64,000 bases of DNA from Octopus vulgaris (Eukaryota), in assembly GCA_951406725.2 (NCBI GenBank), contig OX597826.1, positions 62,496,001 to 62,560,000 on the forward strand, written 5' to 3'. This document shows, in pieces, positions 1 through 13,440 of this stretch. Both the position numbers and the translations under genes were made by a program. How positions within the stretch are numbered: the first letter of the stretch is position 1; every line of letters starts with the position of its first letter. The notes under the pieces were generated by a model. It searched no databases. It saw only the letters and a list, made by a program, of their open reading frames with translations, and was not told the origin of the DNA.

Positions 1-199
1 CTGGGGCAATTTGGATGCAATACCCGGATATTACACAATGCCGTGGAACGTTTGGTACGGGGCCGCACACTTTCCCCTGATCAGTAAAAGTTCAGTATGT
101 TATTTAGCAGCAAGTATATTTGTTGATGTTCTTGTTGTTGTAGGCTTTTATTGTTTCTTAAGATGAAGGGCAAATCCATGGACATTTTTCGGTGATTCC

Positions 200-435
200 G
201 TTAATGGTGGAGAGATGGAGGGAGGAAGGAAGGAAGGAAGGATCAAGGTGAGAATGAATGGATGGAAGGAAGAAAGAAAGGAAGAAATGAAAGAATGAAG
301 GTAGGGAGCAAGGAAGAAAGAAAGGAAGGATGGATGGTTGAATGGTTGAATGGCTGGATGCTGCATTCAGAGAAACACAACTAGTAGTAGTAGTAGTAGT
401 AGTTGTTGTTGTTGTTGTTGTCGTTGTTGTTGTTT
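200..435. repeat. Degenerate (GGAA)n/(GGAT)n followed by (TAG)n(TTG)n
   Basis: Read directly from the sequence. Confidence 0.9.
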
Positions 436-676
436 AGCCAGTTTAGACTCTATCCCTCTCTCGTCCCACTTTGAGCAAGCGTATGATGAAATTCCTCCCA
501 GGCGACAACATCCTCTTTTATTTGTGTCTTTGGGTCGACATTTCACAATACCACTTTCAAAGTATTGTTTCCCAAACCTTTATGTATGAGATTTGTAACC
601 TGGTAGTTATTATTGGGTGTTTTAGGCGTAATGTAGTGGACTTTATAGTATTGGTGTTTCGCTTGTACTTTCCGTT

Positions 677-860
677 TTATTTTTACAAGTTTTAGTCACT
701 GGACAACAACCTTGCAGGGACATCTCTGGCTGTTTTGTAGAACAAGTCATCTCACTACATATTCTGATTTTAAGTTTGATAAATATTCTACCTCTGTCTT
801 TTGCTGAACCGCTAAATTACAGAGACGTGAAAAAAACACTGGTTATCAAATGGGCGAAGA
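677..860 (-). mobile_element. SINE family A, degenerate 3' half
   Basis: TCTTTTGCTGAACCGCTAAATTACAGAGACGTGAAA matches the family A reverse complement. Confidence 0.6.
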
Positions 861-1491
861 ATTGAATAGAGACATAAATATATAAGAAACGTTGGGAAGA
901 TACCAGTAGATGCTTCTTACATCATTTTGCATACAGTCATAGACAGCGATTTCGCTTGCACCTGGCTTCATTTCGATTACGCGGCATTGACAAGTCACAA
1001 GCATGTCGAAACATCGATGTCTATCGCTCCTGAAACAGGACTTGATGAGAGTTATCGCGTTTGTCTATAGCTTCTTAGTGTTTTAACAGGCGGTGAATTG
1101 ATGAGAATATACTCTCCTACGCCTATAATCGCAGTCTGCCCGCGAAATGATAAAACACATACCTTGTGCCTGTGTGTATTATATATATATATATATAAAC
1201 AACTTACAAACAAGGGCACAACAAAAATTAATCACGAAATTGTTTCAATATAGAAATAACGAACTTTAAAAAAAATTCTGTTGGCTAGCTTTCCTCGATT
1301 TCAGCACGACGTGTATCTATAGTGAATGTATATTACAAATGTGGAAATTGACGATTTAAAGTCTGTTCTCAGCATATTGGCATCGAAATAATTTTTCTTT
1401 TGCCCTTGCTTATAATTTAAACTTTAGAGTTATTTTAATATGCTGCCACTTTTGATGAAATTTTTTGTGAAAAACATGTTATCCTATATTA

Positions 1492-1492
<1 letters not shown>

Positions 1493-1545
<53 letters not shown>

Positions 1546-1688
1546 ATGTATGTATGCATGCATGCATGTATGTATGTATGTATGTATGTATGTATGTATG
1601 TATGTATGTATGTATGTATGTATGTATGAATGTATGTATGTATGAATGTACGTATGTATGTGTGCATGTATGCTTGCATGCATGTATA
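1493..1688. repeat. (TA)n(TATG)n microsatellite
   Basis: Read directly from the sequence. Confidence 0.95.
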
Positions 1689-2159
1689 CCCGTCTGATAA
1701 GGGTACGCCAGACACATGCATCACAACTATATGTGTACGGTATGGTGACCTTATATCAAGATATCAGCGCATTACCTTGCAGTTGGAGCCTAGTTAGAAC
1801 TTTCTTTACGTTGAGTAGTCTATCCCGCTCAAAAGATCCCTGAATAAGGGTTAAGGATGATGAACAAAAATCCCCATGTTTCCAGGGGTGAAACATTCAA
1901 ACACCAAATAATTCCTCTCATCACATGGCTATGATGCTCCCCACTACTCCTGTTCGTTATAAGTTTCTAAGAGGCATTTTCAGTCACTAAGGGTCATGCT
2001 CAACTGGTTAAGGTCAAGCAACTGACAATCAAGTTTATGGTATTGAGCAGAATATTTGCTGTAACCCATTTTTTTAACACCAAAACAAATCATGTACAAG
2101 AAAACAATTCCAACCAGTATTGATCAAAAGCCATAAGAGCTAATGCCTCAGGGAATTTA

Positions 2160-2227
<68 letters not shown>

Positions 2228-2228
2228 T
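1685..2228 (+). mobile_element. Probable retroelement 3' fragment ending in an (ATT)n tail, family not assigned
   Basis: A complex block between a (TATG)n tract and about 22 ATT units. No protein motif recognised. Confidence 0.4.
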
Positions 2229-2604
2229 GATGACTAGGCATGTGCAAATATGTTGAACATCTTTAACCTATTTTATAGTTACAAATATATGCACAACTTT
2301 TTTTCATATTGAGGTTATTCGTTGAACTTTGCTGAGCTATTTTATTAGAGTTTTTTCTCGAATGTGTATTTCATGAAACATGCAATAAGCATTTTTAGCT
2401 AGCTATTGCTATTTGAAAAAAAAATGTTTTATTAAAGAATATATCCCCTGTGAGAACTTGAAACAATTAACACATAAAAATCTAGTCCGTGTCCCATCGG
2501 CTATATTTTAGCATCTTTAAGCGTACTTTATTTCGTTTTTTTCATTTCATTTTCAAATCACTTTGCTGCTAGTGGCCTGCAAATTAAAAATATTATTAAA
2601 CAAA

Positions 2605-2717
<113 letters not shown>

Positions 2718-2787
2718 GACATGTATGTGCGTGTTCTGTGTGTGCTCTGTGTTTGGGTTTCTGTGTGTGTATGTGTGTGTGTGCGTG

Positions 2788-2827
<40 letters not shown>

Positions 2828-3061
2828 CCCTGTGTGTATGTGTGTGTGTGATATGATTTTTTTCAGGATGCAAAAGCTGCCTGATACAAGTAACAAATAC
2901 ACAAGCTCAGGCTCTTGCACAGCAATCAAGCCACAGAGACATGCCTCTTATTCTATATACATTTATAACCACTCACTCACTCACACACGCATACACACAC
3001 ATACGTATACTCATAATATTTAGTAATCCATGCATATGTGTGTATACATAGATGTATCTTA

Positions 3062-3260
3062 TATATTTTAGTTGTATCAGTTATTAGACTGCGGCCACGC
3101 TGGGGCACCGCCTCAAAGTACGTTTAGTCGAATGAATCGACCCCAGTACTTATTGTTTTTTGTAAGCTTGGTACTTATCCTAGGGGAACGTAAATACACC
3201 AGCACCGGTTGCGAATTGGTTGTTGGGGACAAGCTCAGACACAAAGACACACACACACAT
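3062..3260 (-). mobile_element. SINE family A, 3' half
   Basis: GACTGCGGCCACGCTGGGGCACCGCC...GGGGAACGTAAATACACCAGCACCGGTTG. Confidence 0.8.
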
Positions 3261-3537
3261 AGGTATATACATATATGTGAATGTACATGATGTGACACAG
3301 AATGGAAAAGTGATGCAACACTGTATGACGCACAGCATCTCATTCATAAGGGACAGTCACGGATGGGTCGAAACGATCCTTGTAGAAAATAAGGAGTTAT
3401 ACCAAATCCGTCTTCAGTTGATCCAACGGAATATGCCTTATCTGCGGATAGCACCAGGTAGCCCAAAACTGTGCCAATGCTTTACTCAGCATATCAGCAT
3501 ACTAATTGATAAGTACCGTTTAGTCCAAAAATATTAC

Positions 3538-3544
3538 AGATAGG

Positions 3545-3586
<42 letters not shown>

Positions 3587-3601
3587 TATAGATAGATAGA
3601 C

Positions 3602-3636
<35 letters not shown>

Positions 3637-3707
3637 CAGATAGATAGATAGACACACATATAGATAGACAAATAGACAGACACATAAATAGGTAGATAGA
3701 TTGATTG

Positions 3708-3756
<49 letters not shown>

Positions 3757-3845
3757 CTGATTGATAAATAGAGGCATTCAGAGCGAGAGAAAGAGAGAGA
3801 GAGAGATCGTGAGAGAGATCGTGAGGGAAAGAGAGGGAGAGATGT
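3538..3845. repeat. (TAGA)n(GATT)n(GA)n compound microsatellite
   Basis: Read directly from the sequence. Confidence 0.95.
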
Positions 3846-4388
3846 GCGTGTTTTCATATATGCGCGCGCGTGTGTATTTGTGTGTGAGAGTGTGAACATA
3901 TGGTGTATATTTCAATGCTTGAATACTTAAGGATTTTGCTCCGATATCACGTAGTCCCATTACATCTTACCTTGAGCAAGTGTCTTTCTTTATTGCCTCG
4001 GCCTGATACATTTGTTGGGAATGAAATTGGATACACGGAAACTGTGAACGTTATACATTAGACTATGCTTTTAATAAACAATTCTAGCTTTATTAAGTAT
4101 GCCTCTAATTAAGTATGATTCTAATGAAAATGACGCTATGGTTACACGGCTCTGTGAAATACTCAAACATTCTACAGAATCTAATTCAATGAATAGATAT
4201 TTCTCTTGATGAATCGACTTCATACTCATCGTCGAAATCAACGGAGATCCAGTTATGTTTCCAGTCATATAGGCATGTGTTCATGTATTTTAAGAAGTAA
4301 ACGTATGTGTAATTATTTGACGTTTAGAAAAGAACATATCTTCAGAATGATCATTACATTTTTAGTAATTAACATGGCGATTAAAAGC

Positions 4389-4640
4389 TGATGATGATGA
4401 TGATGATAATGATAATGGTGGTGGTCGTCATCGTCGTAGTGGTCGTGGTCGTGGTCGTGGTGGAGGAGGTGGTGGTTGTGGTGATGGTGGTAGTTGTGGT
4501 GATGGTGGTGGTCGTGGTGATGGTGGTGGTCGTGGTGATCATTTTATTACTAATAATAATAATAATAACAACAACAACAACAACAACAATAATAATAATA
4601 ATAATAATGATAAAAACAATGGTGGCAATAATGTTGATAA
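4389..4640. repeat. In-phase trinucleotide compound repeat (ATG/GTG/GTC/ATA/ACA)
   Basis: Read directly. It is the source of spurious poly-V/poly-T ORFs. Confidence 0.95.
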
Positions 4641-5546
4641 AAGCAATAAGGAAACGATTCAACATTTGAAGAATAAAAATTTAATTTTGTAGGAAATTTT
4701 AGAGCTAAGTTGTACATATGTGAGGTAATTCAGTTGTAATAAATGAATTATATATTAGTTAATTTTCTGTTTCAGATATCCCCTTAAGGAACCATAATAT
4801 AAATTTATTACAAGCCAGAAATATATCGAGGAAGCAGCTACAAATGTGGTAGCAATAATAACAGTAGGAGTTACAGCAAATTTAAAGTGACATATATTGT
4901 CTCCCTTACTTTCCCCTCTCTGTATTATAGTAATTAGTCTAAAACGGTATCCGTCGTTGAGCTAACATTGCCTTTTCCTCGTTGTGTAATTATTTTTAAT
5001 TAGAGTGTTGTTACTCACTACGTTAAATATGTTAACATTAACTTAAATATAATGCTTCATGCGGATGACGTTAGCGGATAATTTAATTTAGCGTTTTATA
5101 TGAAATCTTTTGTTGTTACAGAACGGATGACGGAAGGATTGGTGAGGACATGATGTGGACATTTCTTTCCAGCCAATCACACCCCCCCTCCTTTCCTGCA
5201 GTCAATTTCCGGTGTAGGGAATGAGAAATCAGCTCCGGTGTTTGACAAGTACTTTTTTCATTTGCCCCGAAATTATTCAAAGCAAAGTCACTACCTGAGT
5301 TCAAATCTCGCCAGTATCAATTGTTCCTGTTATTTTTATATTCAGCGGGTAGATAAAAAATACCAATCTAGCTTTTGACAAGTCCTGTGAAGAGTCTTCC
5401 GCCTCCATGTATTCTTTCTTCGCAATTAGGGATCTCATCAAAAAATATCCGCGACGGCATTGACATCAAACTGTACGTACCCAAACCAGCAGCATTTTCG
5501 GATAAACATCGGTGTTATATAGAGAGAAATATGAGTATATGTTTAT

Positions 5547-5958
5547 TATTTCTTTACTGCCCACAAGGGGCTACACGCAGAGGGGACAAACAAGGACAGA
5601 AAAACGTATTAAGTCGATTATATCGACCCAGTGCGTAACTGGTACTTATTTAATCGACCTCAAAAAGATGAAAGGCAAAGTCGACCTAGCCGGAATTTGA
5701 ACTCAGAACGTTACGGCAGACGAAATACCTATTTCTTTTCTACCCACAAGGGGCTAAACACAGAGGACAAACAAGGACAGACAAACGGATTAAGTCGATT
5801 ATATCGACCCCAGTGCGTAACTGGTACTTATTTTATCGACCCCGAAAGGATGAAAGGCAAAGTGGACCTCAGCGGAATTTGAACTCAGAACGTTGCGGCA
5901 GACGAAACAACGCTAAGCATTTCACCCGGCGAGCTAACGTTTCTGCCAACTCGTCGCC
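5547..5958 (-). mobile_element. tRNA-derived SINE family B, dimeric body, with TSD
   Basis: The minus strand begins GGCGACGAGTTGGCAGAAACGTTAGC, with B box GAGTTCAAATTCC and a Meta-domain-like GCCTTTCATCCTTTCGGGGTCGATAAAATAAGTACCAG. The body is repeated twice. Flanked by ATGAGTATA(T/A)GTTTAT at 5531-5546 and 5963-5978. Confidence 0.9.
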
Positions 5959-6290
5959 TTAAATGAGTATAAGTTTATGTCATCATGTTTTTGTGCTAAA
6001 ATAAAATAGCTGTCAAGTCTCCCCAACATCACACAGTAACGTCTTACATGTGCAGGTTGAATGCATTGACTTTCAAGAGCCAATGAAATGTGTTAAAAGC
6101 GAGAAGAGAGGAATGGACGCATTTGAAAGGTGTTTTGATTTTCGTTCTGCTTGATGAGAACTGAGCGCCAAAGAATAACAATAACAGAAAATGCATGTTA
6201 GATAATACAGACCTGCAGACATTATGGAGATGAACGATTGGATAGTCAAGGCTGGAACGACCTTCTCTGTGCGCTTGTATGTTAAATAAT

Positions 6291-6495
6291 CCTTTCTAAT
6301 TTAAGCACAAATTTTGGGCGCAGGGACTAGTCGATTACATCGGCCCCGGTGATTCACTAGTACTTAATTTATCGACCCCGAAAGGATGAAAGGCAAAGAC
6401 GACCTCGGCAGAATTTGAACTTAGTACGTAGCGGTAGAGGAAATATGGCTAAGCATTTATCCCGCTGTGCTAACGATTCTGCCAGGTCACCGCCT
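6291..6495 (-). mobile_element. SINE family B variant with a different 3' end
   Basis: ATCGACCCCGAAAGGATGAAAGGCAAAG..CCTCGGCAGAATTTGAAC..GCTAACGATTCTGCCAGGTCACCGCC. Confidence 0.85.
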
Positions 6496-6611
6496 TTGTT
6501 TGTGAAATAATAACAAGAAGCACAAAGTTTCTGAAATACAAACCGCTTATATATCTGCGATTCAACTGAATTGACGCCCTCACTATATAATATAGAACCT
6601 TTACATAGTTC

Positions 6612-6804
6612 TCATGGAGATTCAGCGTAACACAGAATGTGATTAGGTTGGCCCTTTGAATTGCAGGTAAAATATATTTCTCCCAGCTGAATGACTCGGG
6701 CAACGTGAAATAAAATGTCTTGATCAAGGACACAACCCATAGCCCGGTCCGGGACTCGAGTCCTGAACTTACGACCATGAGCCGAATAAACTAAGCCACG
6801 CACC
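6612..6804 (-). mobile_element. tRNA-derived SINE family C (CORE-like central domain)
   Basis: The minus strand reads GGTGCGTGGCTTAGT..TCGAGTCCCGGACCGG..GTGTCCTTGATCAAGACATTTTATTTCACGTTGC. Related copies lie at about 36915-37002 (-), 48925-49160 (+) and 57820-57943 (-). Confidence 0.7.
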
Positions 6805-8697
6805 TTCTCTACGATCGCTATAATTCTCCATGTTAAATATCGTAAACGTTGTTTGAATGCATAAATCATCAATATACTTCTTAATGTTGCATTCAAATCA
6901 AAAACTGTGAAATTAACAAAATTTCCTGTTGAAACCTTAGAAGCCAACTAATGGTTTTGCGTGTAGGTTGCTCTAAATGCTAGAAATAGCAGCAAATCTT
7001 TCTCATAAACAATTTGTTTCTAAAAAAAAATTCTGACGGTAACGGAACACACTGTCGAATGTATTTGTAAATATATAAAAGATTGGATAGGCATGGCAGG
7101 AATGGTTTCCATTATATATTGAATCAATCAAGCCTAGCTTGAAGCGACGCAACACATTTTATTTTTTTATTTTTAGATTGCAAATCTAAATATTTTCTCC
7201 CTTTGTTCCAAGAGAGAACAAAATCGATACATTTGATAAATGACAAATATCGATGTTTCAGACAGCGTGAAGACACGTGGTTTGTTTTCTTTAGTTGACG
7301 TGTTTTGATGTGAAGCAAAAGTGAGATAAAGCTTCACATGAACTTGTTGTTAATCCTTCCTATGGAACAATACCAGCTGTTCTGAAATATATTCACGTTA
7401 TTTTAAATGTTATACACAGTAAAATATTCAGAGAGAAATGTCTGCAGGAGGTTTTGAAATCCAACTCTATTACAGTAGCAGAGACGGTCACCCTACAATT
7501 TCGTCATCTTACGATTCATACGTGAACACCTGAACAATGTAAGAATGAAATACAAGTCTCCATTTAGAGTCTTATAATAGTATCAACTCGTGTAATATTG
7601 TTGTTGATGATGATTACAATGTTGTTGTTGTGGTTGCTCTTGATATGGTCGTCGTTGTTGTGCTTGTTTAGACCTGATACTATATATTCCAGATCAGTAT
7701 TTTTAAATGGAAATACTGACGCTCTTTCAATAGTTCTGTGTAAGTTTTATGTTCGTCTTGGTTGAGTAGCAGTAACATGCTTTAGTATAGTGCTGCTTCC
7801 GTGTACTGGGTTTCTATATAAATGCCTAGGAGTGTTTTTTTGTGTGAGATTGGTTTGTATTAACAAGGACTGAGGGTGTCTGAAGTTCGCAGTGGTAAAA
7901 ACCTTTGATCTTCATATGTCTACGTAGTTTTTTTATTCTCATCAGTTTGGTTTTATGAAGTGGTTTATGAGTGCTGTGAATGTATAACGTAGGATGTTGT
8001 GACCAGCATTCACATATTTTTAAGGTATATTATATATTTAAAATTAATTTATACAGCGTTTCCCTCAATTTCCAAAGTAGGGCGAACTTAAAAGATCTTG
8101 CTATTAATTCTAGAAGATCAATCGAAAGTGGTTTGTAACAGCTTTATTGGCGTGTACTATAAAACTATTTAGTTCCAATGCGCTTCTGGTTCTGTTAACA
8201 CATCGTCTCGTCTGTTCAATTAAAATCAATATTGAAATATTTTGGCAACGACAATCATTCTATAATACTATAATATACTATTTCTACTTTCTGTCTCAGC
8301 CGTTTTTCGGATCGATTTGGGTCATATAACAGTCTTCTGAAAATAAATAGGTATTGATCTGAGAATGGAATCACTGTCAAAAATCTACATCCCAGAATAG
8401 TATTATTCAATTTTACAATTAAGACCGTTTCGCTGAATTCGTAAATCCATACAGGAAAGCGTGTATAGTTAATTATTTTACACTTCTGTTTGATTAATAT
8501 TTCCATTGATCAAATCTGACAGGACCATACACAGAACATTATATCAAAGACAGTTTCATGATTAAGGTTAGTTGGGTATGTGATACGATTCTAAGCTTAG
8601 AAATATAACACCGTGAAAATAATATAGTTGTTCTTTCTTAACCCACAGAAATAGTTATAAGCATTAAATTATTTTTAATCAGAAAGTTGGCATCATT

Positions 8698-8855
8698 GGT
8701 ATGGCTGGATGGTTAAGAAGCTTGCTTTTGCAGCCACATGGTTTCCGGTTCAGTCTCACGGTGCTGGAACTCGAGCAAGTAATTTCAGCTATAGCCCGAG
8801 GCCAACCGATGCCTTACGAGTGAATTTGCTACACGGACACAGTTTGGAAGCCTAT
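8698..8855 (+). mobile_element. SINE family A, degenerate 5' half
   Basis: TGGCTGGATGGTTAAGAAGCTTGCTT...CCACATGGTTTCCGGTTCAGTC...CTATAGCCCGAGGCCAACC. Confidence 0.7.
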
Positions 8856-11008
8856 TACACACACACACACACACACAAATATATATATATATATACATGT
8901 ATATATATAGTATATAAAATCTGTTCTGTCTGTCAGTGCGTGTGTCTTCTAGGATCTTGGGCATCCTCCATACGATTGCCTCAGATTTGATATGTAGATA
9001 CCGACGGTATCAGGGCGTGTATAAGTCTTGAAATAAATTACAAAAATCGATTCCAGGTGAGAATACGATCGATAAAGCCGTGGGAACGTGCACTTGTACG
9101 CGCAAGCACATCAGTCGAAATCCGTCTTTTGTTGATGTCTCATATTTAGGTTAAATCAGTGTTTCTGAAAGGGACGGCCTAAGAGATGGTCGGACAAGTT
9201 GTTTTGAGAAAATTTACATATATATATGCACATGTATATATATACATATATATATATGCACGCGCATTTATCCAAGTATACGTTTGTGTGTGTAGTGTGT
9301 CTGTGTATATATGCATATGTATGTATACATATATATAAAAAATATATATATACGTATACATACATATCTAAATATATATGTGTGTATGTGTGCGTGTGCG
9401 TGCATGCGCGTGTATATATTGATGTATATATTTCGCGTACATATACAAACAATCATGCAATTTCAGAACAGTAACATCGCCGCTCTAAGTATGGAGGAAA
9501 TTAAGCGAAAACAAGTAGTTTATTCATGAAGTAGTGTGCAACATTAAGAGTCACCTGGCGAACTCGAACGCGAAGCTCCAAGTAGCGACAGGCAGACTCA
9601 GCTTTGAATAGGCTATTGTGGAGGTTGAAAAGAACATTTCCGTTGTAAAGATGCAATAATTTAAATTGAATGTGGCTATTAATTCTTATTGATGAATTTC
9701 AATAGAAGACAACCTGGAGCACCGAATACATACCACCCCCGTAAATTACCAGCTTCCTGTTGTCATACTGATCACTGTCCGCTAACTATAATAGATTTAA
9801 TCGAACAGTGACGTCAATCGCGATTCAAAATTCTGTAGAATTTCAGTCCACACACACACACACACACAGATTCAATCGTACGCAAACATTACGCATACAG
9901 ATAGGCATGCACATACAAAAGGCGTGAATGCATATGCAAATGCATTTATATGCATATAGATTTGTATACACAGAAAGGCATATACGTATATGCATACATT
10001 TATACATGTAGACATACATATATACACATAAATATATGTGTATGTATGTAGGTATGTATGTATGTATTTATATATGTATGTATGTGTGTGTATGCATGTG
10101 TGTATTTATAGCCAGTGATTATTCATGGTAAGGCATCTACTGGACAGAAACTAAGCGAGAACAATGCCTAAACGTAATGAATATAAGCGATATGTCGTCT
10201 TGCTTTACAGTAAAGATTTAATCAATGTTTCTAATGTCTTACTGGAATATCTCGTAACTACATCATAACTATGAAAAGAAAGCGATCCATTATAAAGATG
10301 CATGTAATTGATGCTATATTGCCTTCCAGTTTCCGTATCTACATCAAATTGAGTATTTATAATGGGAATAAATGATTGTGCCCTATGTCTTTTTGTTCTT
10401 GGTATTTTTGCTGTTGGTTTTTGTTATTGTTGTTCTCGTCGAGTTTAACCCCAGGTCTACAATGGCTACGTAGGTTTATAATCTACTAAGCTAGAGCAAA
10501 CGTAGGCATTTCAGCTAGGTATGACCATTAAGTCTTATGTCTTTTCTGAAGACCAATGCATAGCTGGAACGTGGTTGGCATTTTTGCTAAATTGTCTGAG
10601 TTGAAAGAATTGATCTTTTGAATCTAAACAAATTGAGAGAGTGTGGATTAAAGAAACGCACTTTCCAAGGTATAGCATCAAACCTATTTGGAATGATGGG
10701 CCCATAAATAGGAAAGAAATTTAATATTTTGAGAATTTCGGAAATTTCCTAGAATATTAAATGGCCATAAAATCTCACTGATAAGAGCTATGGAGCTGAA
10801 ATGTTCAGAAATTATTTTTCTCATAAATACTAACAGATGGTATAAATTTAAAGAACATTTCGCGACAGATCCTTGTTGAATTTCGAATATCTCACAATTG
10901 CATTAAACTCTGTTTCAAGGACACCGTTTAAAACGAACTTCGTATTTAACAGTTTTTAAAAATAACGGACATTGTCTGCAATGGATCATACAGCGAAAAT
11001 GAAAAGCA

Positions 11009-11267
11009 TTACTCTTTACTCTTTACTCTTTTACTTGTTTCAGTCATTTGACTGCGGCCATGCTGGAGCACCGCCTTTAGTCGAGCAACTCGACCCCGGG
11101 ACTTATTCTTTTTGTAAGCCCAGTACTTATTCTATCGGTCTCTTTTTGCCGAACCGCTAAGTGACAGGGACGTAAACACACCAGCATCGGTTGTCAAGCA
11201 ATGCTAGGGGAACAAACACAGACACACAAACACACACACATACTTACCACACAGTCACTCCTGCGCC
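11009..11267 (-). mobile_element. SINE family A, internally deleted
   Basis: The 3' half is joined directly to the first ~27 nt of the head (TACTTACCACACAGTCACTCCTGCGCC). Confidence 0.85.
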
Positions 11268-11379
11268 TATTAGTGAATAATATTAAAAGGTAATCAAAAT
11301 ATAAATCATCGAGCGTGCTCTAACGTCATTTTAGGTTTCAGCTTCATGTATATATTTTAATGCATGATACATATATTTT

Positions 11380-11534
11380 AATGCGTGGGTGTGTGGTATG
11401 AATTCCGCTTCCCACCCTCACGGTGCTGCGTTCAGTCCCACTGCGTGACAACTTGGCCCTGTGTCTTCTACAATAGCCTCGATGCGACCAAAGGCTTGTG
11501 AGTAGATTTCGTAGACGGAAACTGAAAGAAGGCC

Positions 11535-11535
<1 letters not shown>
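11380..11535 (+). mobile_element. SINE family A, 5' half
   Basis: GTTCAGTCCCACTGCGTGACAACTTGG...GTAGACGGAAACTGAAAGAAG followed by (TA)n. Confidence 0.8.
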
Positions 11536-11577
<42 letters not shown>

Positions 11578-11603
11578 TATATGTATTTATATATGTATGT
11601 ATG

Positions 11604-11644
<41 letters not shown>

Positions 11645-11645
<1 letters not shown>

Positions 11646-12750
11646 ATACAAAATGGGACAAGGACGCAAAACATCCGGACAACTAGATGATGCAAAAAGG
11701 GGACAACAAAACATCCAGAAAGATGATACAAAGAAAACAAGGACGGGTCATTCGAAGTTTTCTATTTTCAGTCAAGAACCATATTATCTTCGCAATTTCG
11801 AATGCAAACAAGGAAGACCAAACAAGAAAAAACAATGCGAGGACGTAGTACAAGCACTGTATTATCAGATGCTCAGGAAAAGAATGAAAGATGATTTAAC
11901 GTTTGCAGTAAAGCTCGTCTTCAGAAATACAGGTAAATCCAAAGGGAGGGAAGGCGGAGAAAGAAAATCGCCAACGATGCACACGCGGTTGCATTTTGAA
12001 ATGACTGAAAGGTTATGAGTGAAGAAAAAGTTCTTTGGCAGAAACGTTAGCACGCCGGGCGAAATGCTTAGCGGTAGTTCGTCTGCCGCTACGTTCTGAG
12101 TTCAAATTCCGCCGGGGTCGACTTTACCTTTCATCCTTTCGGGGTCGATTACATAAGTACCAGTTACGCACTGGAGTCGATATAATCGACTTAATCCGTT
12201 TGTCTGTCCTTGTTTGTCCTCTCTGTGTTTAGTTCCTTGAGGGTAGTAAAGAAATAGATATGAGTGTGCATGTGTGGGTATGTGCGTGCGCGAAATCTGT
12301 GTGTGTGAGTAATAGTAGCACGTGTGGGTATGGATGTCTGTGTGTGTGTGTTTGGCTATTGATATGCGTGTGAGTGGAGTTTGTATCGCTTAATGTGAGA
12401 AGAATTTACAGTAGGAATTTTTGGTAGGAGTGGCTGTCTTTTGTGTGTCTCGCTTCACATATGCGTAGGAGAAAGGTCAGTAGAATGGTGTTTAACTGGT
12501 AGTTTGAAGTACGTGTGTTTTGTGTGCAGGGTGTGCCTGTGTCTGTGTGTGCGTGTGTGGTTTCATTTGCGTGTGCGTGTGTTCGACTAAAACGCGTCAA
12601 ACAAGTAAAACAGTACAATAATATATTTGCATGAATATGAAACAAAACTCCGAATGACCCGTCCTTGTTTTTTATTGTCCCTTTTTGTATCATCTAACTG
12701 TCTGGATGTTTTGTTGTTGCCTGTTGCATGCTTGTCCCATTTTTTGTTTT

Positions 12751-12752
<2 letters not shown>
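11645..12752 (-). mobile_element. Composite Penelope-like non-coding element with inverted terminal arms, a damaged hammerhead and a nested SINE
   Basis: 11645-11760 is an inverted repeat of 12640-12752. The minus strand at 11894-11928 reads ATTT CTGAAGA C GAG cttta CTG CAAA C GT T AAAT. A SINE sits at 12035-12258 between TATGAGTG duplications, and (TA)n flanks both outer ends. Confidence 0.5.
12035..12258 (+). mobile_element. SINE family B monomer
   Basis: TGGCAGAAACGTTAGCACGCCGGGCGAAATGC...GTAAAGAAATAG. TATGAGTG occurs on both sides. Confidence 0.9.
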
Positions 12753-12801
<49 letters not shown>

Positions 12802-13061
12802 GTGTGTGTGTATGTACGTTGTGGTCAGCCTAGGGCTATAGTAGAATACCACTATATGTATTTATGTAGGTTTATAAACCAAAATATTTGACAGATTCTT
12901 TGGCTTGTAAATCACACTTACAGCTTCACACCTCATAAATATATAAGAATTTTTATGACAACGTCTACACTTTTAGGATTTATACACGATTCGTATACAA
13001 ATACGTTTGTTCCGTAAACACATGCGCGTGCACACACACAAACACATACACACATATATGT

Positions 13062-13440
13062 GACGCAGGCGTGGCTATGTGGTAAGAAGCTTGTTTCCCA
13101 ACCAAATGGTTCCGGGTTCAGTCCTACTGTGTAGTAACTTGGGCATGTGTCTTCTACTATAGCCTCGATCCGACCAAAGCCTTTTGCGGGTATTTGGTAG
13201 ACGGAAACTGAAAGAAGCCATATGTATGTATGTATGTATTTGTATGTCTGTGTTTGTCCCCTCCACCTTCGGTTGTCAACCGATGGTGGTGTGTTTACGC
13301 CCCCGTCCACATCGGTTTGGCAAAAATGAACCATAGAATAAATACTTGGCTTACAAAGGATAATTTCTGGTGTTGATTTCTTCGACTAAAGCCGGTGCTT
13401 CACTATGGCCAGAGTCGAATGACTGGAACAAATGAAAGAA
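13062..13440 (+). mobile_element. tRNA-derived SINE family A, full length
   Basis: Head GACGCAGGCGTGGCTATGTGGTAAG (A box) and GGTTCAGTCC (B box), CORE-like CTTGGGCATGTGTCTTCT, internal microsatellite, tail GACTGGAACAAATGAAAG. Confidence 0.85.

Noticed and set aside
1-120. Possible transposon terminus or exon at the window edge
   Set aside because: It is too short and truncated to assign.
985-1027. GAC...GTC GAAA CATCGATG TC, resembling the 3' half of a hammerhead with a palindromic stem III
   Set aside because: There is no CTGANGA box at the required position and stem I is unconvincing.
5547-5958. Regularly repeated ~184-bp units, considered as a CRISPR-like or satellite array
   Set aside because: There are no unique spacers, and the repeat is explained by the SINE body duplication in eukaryotic DNA.
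10774-10810. CTGATAA GAGC..GCT GAAA TGTT hammerhead-like string
   Set aside because: G8 is missing, stem I does not pair, and the context looks like a DNA-transposon or MITE remnant.
13062-13130. tRNA-like A and B boxes at SINE heads
   Set aside because: These are SINE-internal Pol III promoters with no cloverleaf, so they are not tRNA genes.
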